From positions 160,001-224,000 of the forward strand of contig OY970309.1 of NCBI GenBank assembly GCA_963716395.1: a DNA stretch of 64,000 nt, read 5' to 3'. Source of the stretch: an uncultured Fibrobacteria bacterium. Lineage in GTDB: Bacteria > Fibrobacterota > Fibrobacteria > UBA11236. A program made the translations under genes and the position numbers. The notes below the pieces were generated by a model. The model saw only the letters and a program-made list of their open reading frames with translations, was not told the origin of the DNA and made no database searches. Positions 10,484 to 19,002 of the stretch are shown here, piece after piece; positions within the stretch are counted from its first letter, which is position 1; each line of letters opens with the position of its first letter.

Positions 10484-11275
10484 TCATTCTGACAAAGAGA
10501 TCCCTCCGGGGCGGATCGCCTGATTGGTGCTACTGTTTCTCGATAAAGTATTTTTGCTGAAAGTTTCTCTCGATAATTTGAGGTTTTTCCCCTTATCCGA
10601 TAGAAACTCGTCCACGGCCTGATTACACCCGGGCCAGGGTGGATCGTTATACTCATCAAACAAGATAATCCCCCCGCGTTCCAATCGCGGGTAAAAGTAT
10701 TGAAGGCCGGCTCGGTAAGACTCGTAAATATCGCAGTCCAGGTGAACAAAAGCGTATTGCTCACATTTCTCCTGTCCTAGCGTTTTTTTAAAGAATCCCG
10801 GAACAAGCTCGACTGTCTTCTCAAGATCAAGAGCCCTTATGCGACGTTGGACTAGGTCGAGCGACGTATTGCTGAATCCGCCTTTTCGTTTTTCAGAATC
10901 GGACGCACTGACGAGTGCCAAGTCCGTTGTTATGTCGTCATCGAATCCCTCAAACGAATCAAACCCGAATACTTTCTTTCCGAGGCTACGCTGCTTGAGA
11001 TAAAGACTGATCGAAAGCAGCGTAGCTGCCCGAAATACTCCGCATTCCGCGACGTTTCCAGGGACGCCGTCCGTACGCTTCAGGAAATCCATAATCACAT
11101 TGACGTTCGCGCCGCCGCTCGGGCTGGCAATCTGATTCGGCTGCACATTCGCCGGCACCTTCATCTCGACAATATTCGCCGCCCAGGCGGGCCATTCCAG
11201 TATCGGACGGCGACGCATTGCCTGGCCCGTTAGGTGTTGTATGGCCTGCTTCAAAACCTTTCTCATATGATCCAT
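10484..11275 (-). CDS. TylF/MycF/NovP-family O-methyltransferase
   Basis: 'VPGNVAECGV', 'FGFDSFEGF', 'AFVHLDCDIYES', 'GGIILFDEY'. A probable 1-base loss near 10590 garbles the tail; the alternative frame reads EKPQIIERNFQQKYFIEKQ* with stop at 10530-10532. Confidence 0.85.
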   Translation of the reverse strand: MDHMRKVLKQAIQHLTGQAMRRRPILEWPAWAANIVEMKVPANVQPNQIASPSGGANVNVIMDFLKRTDGVPGNVAECGVFRAATLLSISLYLKQRSLGKKVFGFDSFEGFDDDITTDLALVSASDSEKRKGGFSNTSLDLVQRRIRALDLEKTVELVPGFFKKTLGQEKCEQYAFVHLDCDIYESYRAGLQYFYPRLERGGIILFDEYNDPPWPGCNQAVDEFLSDKGKNLKLSRETFSKNTLSRNSSTNQAIRPGGISLSE

Positions 11276-11490
11276 GTCCCCTCTCGCGATGCCTCGGATG
11301 AAAGTGGATTGAGCCAGATACGTCGCCTTTCCGCAGCGACGGCAAATTCAACGTAATCAAGATAAGGACGTATTGTCTCGAAACGGCGAAAAAATCTCGT
11401 CACGATTTCCCAATCCTGCTCGTTCATCCGAACTGAATAATCGTCCTCCCCAATACGATCAGTGATTTGGCGCTCGCCAGACCTTTGCAC
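11263..11490 (-). pseudogene. Internal remnant of a paralog of the adjacent MBL-fold gene
   Basis: QITDRIGEDDYSVRMNEQDWEIVTRFFRRFETIRPYLDYVE aligns with QISESTGEDDWKEKPSRDEWKTIEAFFRRFELLRKYVNFIE of 11823..13310. Confidence 0.72.
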
Positions 11491-11822
11491 AGAATGCCCA
11501 TCGACGATTACAATTAGTTTTCACTTTTTTGCGGCGAAAACCCATTTTTGTAATCCCATAAATTCTTTCGCTCCGAAAGTAACTTTTGTGATCATAAACC
11601 GCAATTCACCTCAGGAACGATGGCCGAAACAAGATTCAATCCAAATCGCTTGCCCGTGAATTTCCCCACAAGCCTCTATTCGCCCGCCCCGATGTCTTTC
11701 AACCCGGGCATTCGAACGAATTTCCGCCAGTCTTCAAAGAAAGAATCATCATTCTCACGAATTGCGTAGCAAAGTAGTTTCGAATTGGAATTAGGGTTCG
11801 ATTTAACTAAGCTCAGCCTAAG

Positions 11823-13310
11823 ATGAATGAAAAATTCGAGACCCTTGGAAACGCGACGCTGCAACTATTTGCGGACGATGGGCCGGTACTTGTCACCGAT
11901 CCCTGGTTGGTCGGGACCTGCTATTTCGGCAGTTGGGCGCTTGATCACGCGCTGACCCAAGAGCAGATCCGGAATGCATTGAATTCGGACTACGTCTGGA
12001 TTTCGCATGGTCATCCCGACCATTTGCACCACGAATCGCTCGATTTTTTCCAGCCGGGTCAGAAATTTCTCCTGCCCGACCATTACGACCCTGAAATCTC
12101 CCACTTTTTGTCGGGAAAGGGTTTCTCCGTCACAATCATGAAATATCGCGAATGGCTGCAGATTTCACCGCCCGTGAAAATTATGTGCCTGGACAAGATA
12201 AACCAGGACGCGGGACTGATCGCCAAGATTGGCGATGCTCTCCTCATCAATTTGAACGATTCGCCGATTGCGGGGGAGGAGGCTTTTCTTCGCAATCTGG
12301 TCAAAAAGCATCCCAATGCCAAGACCTACCTGGCGGCCTTATGTTCGATCGATGCCGACATGTTTAACTTCGTAGACTCTAACGGCCAATCGATCGTCGG
12401 TCCGCCTGACGAACGCAAGCCCGGCGCGATTTGGAACGTGGCGCGCGCCGCCGATCGGATGGGTGTCAAAAATTTCTGTTGCTCGTCATCACAACACATC
12501 TACGTGCGGGCAGATTCGATCTGGGCGAACGACTATCGAATCACGTGGCAGGACATGAGGAGACATTGGAGCCGACCGAATGTAAGGCTCATTGAACCTT
12601 TCGTAACGGTCGATCTGACAACCGGCGACGTCACTGCCAATGAACCGGAACATCTTGGCGGTGACCGCACACAGATTAGCGAAAGCACCGGCGAGGATGA
12701 CTGGAAAGAAAAGCCGAGCCGGGACGAGTGGAAAACGATTGAGGCTTTCTTTCGGCGGTTCGAACTGCTTCGGAAATACGTCAATTTCATTGAAGTGGTG
12801 ATTGGCGATGAAACCGGACGTTACGAACTGAACCACAGCGTGTCGGATCGCACAGGTGTGCGCGGTATTCGATTTTACGCACCCAAGCACTCTTTCATGG
12901 AGACCATGAAATGGGGGTTTTTCGACGATCTACTAATCGGAAATTTCATAAAGGTGCACCTTACCAACACAAGCCTTTATCCCCGTTTCACTCCACTGGT
13001 GGCAAAGCTTGGCGGCAATGCTAAGGTTTATACCCAAAAAAATTACCGAAAATTTCTTTGGCGCTATTTGCGACGCAACCCTTCTGGCACACTCGCCTAT
13101 CTGCTGGAGCCGGAAATGAACCACGTGATCATACCCTGGTTCCGCCAACGCGCGGAATCCATCGGTCTCAAAAAGCCCCTGAAATATATCTACCGCTCGC
13201 TTCGGGGCGATCCGTGTAAAGGCCGGCAACGCCCGACTATTCCAATTGGATCACGTATCCGGTCGGGTCGGATTCGTAGGGGCCCTGGACGTAACCGTTC
13301 GGCTGCATGA
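11823..13310 (+). CDS. Metallo-beta-lactamase-fold protein (UlaG/CMP-Neu5Ac hydroxylase-like, no Rieske domain)
   Basis: 'LVTDPWLVG...FGSW', 'WISHGHPDHLH' (HxHxDH). The native end is probably near 13219 (GDP...TAA one base out of frame); the called tail overlaps the convergent gene. Confidence 0.7.
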   Translation: MNEKFETLGNATLQLFADDGPVLVTDPWLVGTCYFGSWALDHALTQEQIRNALNSDYVWISHGHPDHLHHESLDFFQPGQKFLLPDHYDPEISHFLSGKGFSVTIMKYREWLQISPPVKIMCLDKINQDAGLIAKIGDALLINLNDSPIAGEEAFLRNLVKKHPNAKTYLAALCSIDADMFNFVDSNGQSIVGPPDERKPGAIWNVARAADRMGVKNFCCSSSQHIYVRADSIWANDYRITWQDMRRHWSRPNVRLIEPFVTVDLTTGDVTANEPEHLGGDRTQISESTGEDDWKEKPSRDEWKTIEAFFRRFELLRKYVNFIEVVIGDETGRYELNHSVSDRTGVRGIRFYAPKHSFMETMKWGFFDDLLIGNFIKVHLTNTSLYPRFTPLVAKLGGNAKVYTQKNYRKFLWRYLRRNPSGTLAYLLEPEMNHVIIPWFRQRAESIGLKKPLKYIYRSLRGDPCKGRQRPTIPIGSRIRSGRIRRGPGRNRSAA

Positions 13311-15054
13311 TGATCAATCGGCCGTTGCGGTAACTGACCTGCAACTGCTGGTAAGCATTGCCCGTGATGAAACTATTGACGGTTTCGGTGGTGGTGCCGG
13401 GCGCCCGCGTGATCAAATCGACTTTTTCCGCGGGCAGCACCGACCAGGGATCGCGTTTTCCATTGAATACGTCGTACAGATCGTTCGGATTGTAAATCCA
13501 AGCTTGCAAATGGTATCCCGTGGCGTGAAAACCTTTATAGGTGGGATAAGGATCGGCCCAGGAGGTGCCGCAGGTAGTGACGGGGGGATCGCAATCCGTG
13601 CACGTGCACGTGTCCACGTTTTCACCGTACCAGGTTTGACCGCCCAGTTGCTGGTATAAAAATACCACCACGGCCTGCTGGGTTTTCGTTTCAATCCACA
13701 CCGCGCTGGAAACCTTGTCTCCCAGCCACCATCCCGGGAATTCCCGGCCTTCATCCGGATGAGCCAATAAGGGCTTGGCTGCGACAGAAGCGTTGAGGGA
13801 GGTCGGAAAGTTTCCTTGTATGGCGAATAAATTGGGGCCCCATCGGCCATTGGCCGCGCCCGAAGTTCCTTCTTGGCCCGCTAAGAAAGGGTAGCCTGCG
13901 TTGCTTAAGGTTTGGGGGGCATACGACATATAGCCCGCGACCCGCTGGTTATGCGCCCAAGCCCCGGAAACCTGCCACATTCCGTAAGATTTGTTGGTGG
14001 TTTCGTCGAGATATCCCAACGATCCCCAGTCCGAACCGGCCCCGTTGTACCATTGATACTTGGTGAAATAAAGATTCGTTCCCAACTCCAGGAGTCCGCC
14101 GAGGACATAGGTCTCGCCTCCGGTGAATCCGGCCGGCAGCAAGCTATCGGTAACATCCACCCATCGTATGCATTGGGCCGCACTTCCATTCAAGGTTGCC
14201 GGCAATTGGATTTCCCCCTCTAATTCCGAATTCCCGGGTGGGATGTGGTTTTCGGCATCCACCATTAAATGACCATTGGCCAATTGGGCGTGGATTCCGC
14301 TCGAATAAATAAAATCCCCTCCGGCGGGAACTTCGGCGGCGGTAGGCAGGCGGAAGGTACTGCCCGTATATTTGCCGGCGATGTCGGCCCAAGTCATCAA
14401 TGTCAGACCGGAAGACTGGATCGAGTCGAGGGTGATATTGGCCGTGGTGTCCAAAGAACTGATGAGAAGTAGCTTGGTCAGATAACCCGAGGCCGAGATC
14501 CTGAGCGTATCATTGCCCGCGGCCACTTTCGCCAGCGAAGCTTCAGCCGGCGTAAAACCCATGGCCGTACGGTCCTGGGCCGATCCGCCGGTGGCCAGAG
14601 GCAGGTAACGGAAGGTCCGGACATCTTTCCCCACGGAGGCTTTGATGATCATCAATTGATTCGATAACACATGCTCCGCGAGGTTCAGCCGATAGATTCC
14701 GGAGGTGGCGTTCGGCAAGGAAACGCGACTGAGTTGGTGGCCGTGCAAGTCGAAAATCTCGACCCGTATCAGCGCGGACCGGGGTACCACAAGTTGCAAA
14801 ACTCCGTTCTGGAGAGACATGCCCCCAACTTGGAACGCCGACCTTACCGCGGCAATCGTCCCGGTAAGTGAATACATTCCGTTCGAGGCTGTTGTATCCA
14901 CAAAACCAGGTGGTAGCAGTTCGACCACCGCCTGGTTTATGGCCTGACCGGAATCGTTGGAAATTTTTCCATGCACGTTGACGGTTTGTGCGGGAATGGT
15001 AGACCCGACGGCGAGAACAAAACCTATTGCCACCGCAAATATTTTCATTTTCAT
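13237..15054 (-). CDS. Secreted hypothetical protein with Fibrobacterota-style N-terminal Ig-like/sorting-like module
   Basis: Signal peptide; 'VNVHGKISN...IRVEIFDLHG...GIYRLNL...DTLRISASGY'; ~390-aa Trp/Tyr/Gly-rich C-terminal domain that I do not recognise; purine-rich RBS. Confidence 0.6.
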   Translation of the reverse strand: MKMKIFAVAIGFVLAVGSTIPAQTVNVHGKISNDSGQAINQAVVELLPPGFVDTTASNGMYSLTGTIAAVRSAFQVGGMSLQNGVLQLVVPRSALIRVEIFDLHGHQLSRVSLPNATSGIYRLNLAEHVLSNQLMIIKASVGKDVRTFRYLPLATGGSAQDRTAMGFTPAEASLAKVAAGNDTLRISASGYLTKLLLISSLDTTANITLDSIQSSGLTLMTWADIAGKYTGSTFRLPTAAEVPAGGDFIYSSGIHAQLANGHLMVDAENHIPPGNSELEGEIQLPATLNGSAAQCIRWVDVTDSLLPAGFTGGETYVLGGLLELGTNLYFTKYQWYNGAGSDWGSLGYLDETTNKSYGMWQVSGAWAHNQRVAGYMSYAPQTLSNAGYPFLAGQEGTSGAANGRWGPNLFAIQGNFPTSLNASVAAKPLLAHPDEGREFPGWWLGDKVSSAVWIETKTQQAVVVFLYQQLGGQTWYGENVDTCTCTDCDPPVTTCGTSWADPYPTYKGFHATGYHLQAWIYNPNDLYDVFNGKRDPWSVLPAEKVDLITRAPGTTTETVNSFITGNAYQQLQVSYRNGRLIIMQPNGYVQGPYESDPTGYVIQLE

Positions 15055-15128
15055 AACCCACCCCCTCTTTCCCCGACCCGGTCATTATACCCAAACGGGA
15101 AGGGGCGCGCCATGGCCGCCGAAAGCTT

Positions 15129-16601
15129 TCAAATCGATCGATTTTTGCGTTTGAGTTTCGGGATATACTCTTTCAGTTCTGCAACAGTGACGAGGCCCCA
15201 TTGCAGGGAGACGGGTAAAAAGAGCAGGCAAAAGATCGTTCCCGCGATAATTCCCTGCGCCAAAAACGGATGTACAACCAACCGCCCAAAATAACCCGCG
15301 GCCGCAGCCGCGGCGGCTACACAAAATACTTTTAGAAAATAATCCAATGGAAAAATCTGGAGAAAGCGAACCCCCAGAAATCGCTGGGTGGCAACAATGG
15401 AAATCGCGGTGGTTAAGGCGGTAGACAGGACCGAGGCTGCGGCCGGCCCCCATAATCCAAAATGCAACACTTTCAATGCGAGTAGGATTAGGCCAGTATT
15501 CGCGAGCAAAAAAATTCCATTAAAAAATAACAGGGGCTTGGTTTTTCCAATTCCCTGCAAAATCATGCTGGGATTGAAAATTCGTAGGGGAATACGGAGC
15601 AGATAAATCTGAAAGATCACCACGGCCGCGAGGTATCGGCGCGTATACAGAAAACCGATCATGGGAACCGAGACCGCAAACAATAAAGCCGTTCCCGGAA
15701 TCAACACCATAATGGACCTGCGAATGACTTCGCGCCAAACGCCCGGGATTTCAGCAGTTTCGCCCTCATGATGGTGCTGGGCAATTTTGGGAACCAAAAC
15801 CGAATTGATGGCAGTCGTAAACGAACTGAAAAAAGGAATTTCCAGGGCGCCGACAGCATAGAAGGCGAATTCCGTCGGGTTTAAAATGGCGGCTACGCAA
15901 TATTTGTCAATTTCTTTGGAGAGATACCAAACGATGCCCGAAAGACCTAAAGGAAGGGAATAATTCATTTGCTTGCGCAGCAGGGGCGGGCTCCATTCAG
16001 TTTTAATGGAGCGCAAGTCGTAATAGCACCAAAGCGACTGAACCACGGCCTGAATCGCCATAAAAGCCACGATAATTTCCAACAATTGCCGCAAGTTGAA
16101 TCCCATCGCGGCCGGCAGAATCGTGATAGCGAAACCCGAAAGCGTGCCCAGGGTTTGAACCAGGGTCGCCGTCACGTATCGGTTGAGGCTCATGAACCAA
16201 GCCGGGATATGTTGAATTCCCAGGAAGAACAACGGGTAAAGACAAAAGAAGTGCAAGATCACTTTTAAATCCGGATTGTGGAATTGCCGGGAGATGGGCC
16301 CGGCCAGGAGAAACAGCCCTCCGGTCGCGAGCGTCCCGAAACACGTCAGCAAAGTTTGCGTTTGTACGAAAATACCTTTGCGCGTCCCGCTGCTTACCGG
16401 CGGAACCAAGTACAATAGGCTGGCGGGGAGGGCCAACATGCAGATGTACGAAACCGTATCCGTCAAGAATGTGGCTTGCCGGAAGGTGCCGTAATCCCGG
16501 CTGCTATAATAGCGCACCAGGATCATTCCCATCATGATCGATGAAATCTGCGACACCACGCCCAGGGAGGTGAGAAGGAAAACTTTTTTTTCAGCGCGCA
16601 T
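15129..16601 (-). CDS. wzx: Wzx-type oligosaccharide flippase
   Basis: 490 aa, about 13 TM; 'YGTFRQ', 'YSLPLGLS', 'EIDK', 'FAFYAVGA'. Confidence 0.82.
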   Translation of the reverse strand: MRAEKKVFLLTSLGVVSQISSIMMGMILVRYYSSRDYGTFRQATFLTDTVSYICMLALPASLLYLVPPVSSGTRKGIFVQTQTLLTCFGTLATGGLFLLAGPISRQFHNPDLKVILHFFCLYPLFFLGIQHIPAWFMSLNRYVTATLVQTLGTLSGFAITILPAAMGFNLRQLLEIIVAFMAIQAVVQSLWCYYDLRSIKTEWSPPLLRKQMNYSLPLGLSGIVWYLSKEIDKYCVAAILNPTEFAFYAVGALEIPFFSSFTTAINSVLVPKIAQHHHEGETAEIPGVWREVIRRSIMVLIPGTALLFAVSVPMIGFLYTRRYLAAVVIFQIYLLRIPLRIFNPSMILQGIGKTKPLLFFNGIFLLANTGLILLALKVLHFGLWGPAAASVLSTALTTAISIVATQRFLGVRFLQIFPLDYFLKVFCVAAAAAAAGYFGRLVVHPFLAQGIIAGTIFCLLFLPVSLQWGLVTVAELKEYIPKLKRKNRSI

Positions 16602-16623
16602 CAGTTGGGGATACCGATTTTGA

Positions 16624-16637
16624 GATAATTAATTATC
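16624..16637. promoter_or_regulatory. Perfect 14-bp palindrome upstream of wzx
   Basis: GATAATTAATTATC, 22 nt upstream of the wzx start. Confidence 0.3.
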
Positions 16638-16983
16638 AATAGCATTTTTCAAACACTTTTCACAAAAGGGAATTTCCATTTACCACAGGGAAGATGGGGT
16701 TGCCGGATTTTTGCACCCCTTTATTTAACAAATAATCCGTGCTTTCCGCACACGCCGCAATTGGTGCGGAGGGGCGGACCCGGGGAGACAGAAAAGGGGG
16801 AAAGAGAAGCCAAGGAACAAAAGCGGTTAAACCGCGTTCTTTTAGCGAGAAAACCGCCAGGAAGAAAACGGAAAATAATCAGACGACCACGCTTTGCACG
16901 AAGGCTTTCAAGGCCAAGGTGGTACTAGCCATTCAAAATGCGACAAGTCCGTTTCGCGCAGTTGCACCTTCCCAATTCGCTTT

Positions 16984-18138
16984 TCATGCTCGGCTTACCA
17001 TCAATTTCGATCGGATAAACCATTTGCCCAGTTTGATACTTGGCTTTTCAACCCATCGATAAAAACCATAAGACACGAATAAAACAAAGGGCCAGATCAA
17101 TAAACAGCAAATAAAATTAATTGTCGGAAAAATATTGCTCGCTGGAAATAAAGTCTTTAAGAGTATTGGAACTAGACTAATTAATGGGTCATGAATGAGA
17201 TAGACACTGTAGCTAATAACACCTATCCAGCCAAGGTGCCTTGACAAACTAGCCAGCGCGAAATTCTTTTGTCGGCGGGGTGAGATTGGTCTTGAAAGAA
17301 GATAAGCCATTATGTTCGCGGTTGATAGTGCAATTGATACGAAGCAAAAATAAAATAGCGGTTTGATGAAATAGCACAGCAAAGTGATGGAGGGCCATAA
17401 CCAAAGCGGACTTTCTCTTAAAAAAAGCGGCTTTTCTTTGAGAAAATCATCGGCTAAAACCGCGCCCGCTGACCAACTAAACCAAAATGCAAACGGAGAC
17501 AAGCTGAACCACGTGGGATCGCTTTGCCCGCCGGCATAATGCCAACCCCGAATCGTTCTCATCGTTAGCTCGATTGCAACAGTCAAGCACAACGCCCGTT
17601 TCCACCCAAACCGCCGAACCAACCACAGCAGAAGTGGATACAGCACATAAAGTTGAACTTCGACGGCAATGCTCCAAAAGGGTCCGTTAATCGCATAACT
17701 TGAATTGCCATTCATATTGTGAAGCAAAAACAAATGGCTAACCAATTGGGCAAAATCTCGAAACGAATGGAATCCCAGTTTTGTGGGCGGGAAAAAAACG
17801 GCAAAAAAAATGAGGGTGACGAGATAAGGCGGATAAATGCGGAAAAATCGCCGGGCGAAAAACACCTTGAATTGTTTTGCCGTCGATCTTTCGTAACTCA
17901 GATGAATGCAAAAACCGCTGATTACAAAAAATATTGCAACGCCGCCCCACCCAAACGTTACGGGAAGCAAAAGCAGAAACGACCATGGCGCGTGGAAATC
18001 CCGAAACCAACCATGCCAATTCAGCGAGTCCATCCCGTAACCTGCAATCAAGGCGTGATAGATAAACACGGCGATTATTGCGAATCCTCGCGCTTGATCA
18101 AGAAGCGAAATATGCTTGTCCGGTTTAGTTAAACTCAT
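16984..18138 (-). CDS. Acyltransferase-3 (OafA-like) membrane O-acyltransferase
   Basis: 'LDQARGFAIIAVFIYH', 'GVAIFFVISGF', 'RRFFRIYP', 'WSIAVEVQLY', 'ISYSVYLIH', 'VEKP'; start moved to ATG 18138. Confidence 0.9.
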   Translation of the reverse strand: MSLTKPDKHISLLDQARGFAIIAVFIYHALIAGYGMDSLNWHGWFRDFHAPWSFLLLLPVTFGWGGVAIFFVISGFCIHLSYERSTAKQFKVFFARRFFRIYPPYLVTLIFFAVFFPPTKLGFHSFRDFAQLVSHLFLLHNMNGNSSYAINGPFWSIAVEVQLYVLYPLLLWLVRRFGWKRALCLTVAIELTMRTIRGWHYAGGQSDPTWFSLSPFAFWFSWSAGAVLADDFLKEKPLFLRESPLWLWPSITLLCYFIKPLFYFCFVSIALSTANIMAYLLSRPISPRRQKNFALASLSRHLGWIGVISYSVYLIHDPLISLVPILLKTLFPASNIFPTINFICCLLIWPFVLFVSYGFYRWVEKPSIKLGKWFIRSKLMVSRA

Positions 18139-18301
18139 ACAATGGGAGATATCCTTGACATTGGTGCCGACCTTTTCACGCGGATGCGGAGAGAGAAGAA
18201 AACCGAAACCCTTTCCGTTTACTCCAAAAGAGCGCACCCACAGCCCGTCCAACCCTTTGGAAGATGGTGCGTACGGCACCAAGATGAAAACGATTTATTC
18301 A

Positions 18302-18898
18302 TTAGGGTTCGGCGCTTTCCAGGGTCGCGACTTTTTTCCAGCCGAATTTTTGATTCATTCCGAAATTCCAAAGACTTACGATGACGATGGCGATCAGATT
18401 ACCCAAATACATGCCGATCTTAAAAAAGCGGATTTGAAGGTTCAGCAGGAACACGCTCAATGCGATACCGACCAGACAAATCAGGTTGAATTTTCCCAGT
18501 CGCCCCAGACGTCCGCGCCAACTCGCGTCGACAATCGCGAGGTCGCGGAAGGTCCACAAATCGTTCAAGATAAAGTTGCTGAAAATAGCGATCTCCGCCG
18601 CCATGGCTTTGCCCAGGGAAAGATTCAAGTGCAGCATGCGCGGATCGGCCAGCACGAAAAGCGCCGCCATATCGACGACTACACCCGTGGCCCCCACAAT
18701 TCCAAAATTCACATAGCGCCTAGCCATTATCACCAGCGAGGGTTTAACTCCGAACGCTATGACGAATTTCCACAGGCCGGCGTCTGTTGCCCGACGCGAA
18801 AGCAAATCATCCCGATCGGGATTGAAATTCTTCATCGCAATATTCGCCTGATTATCGCGAGAGGCCGGCGCCGATTGACGGTAGCCGCCACAATCCAC
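18302..18898 (-). CDS. GtrA-family protein
   Basis: 'FGIVGATGVVVD', 'NFILNDLWTF', 'LWNF'; start uncertain (GTG 18898 or ATG 18835). Confidence 0.82.
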   Translation of the reverse strand: MDCGGYRQSAPASRDNQANIAMKNFNPDRDDLLSRRATDAGLWKFVIAFGVKPSLVIMARRYVNFGIVGATGVVVDMAALFVLADPRMLHLNLSLGKAMAAEIAIFSNFILNDLWTFRDLAIVDASWRGRLGRLGKFNLICLVGIALSVFLLNLQIRFFKIGMYLGNLIAIVIVSLWNFGMNQKFGWKKVATLESAEP

Positions 18899-19002
18899 CT
18901 CGTCGCCTCCAAACCCCTACCCTCACCATCACGTCACCTCGTTTCGTGGCTGCATTCTTTCATTCGATGTCCCGGTTGCGGCATGATGTTTAACGAATCG
19001 GG

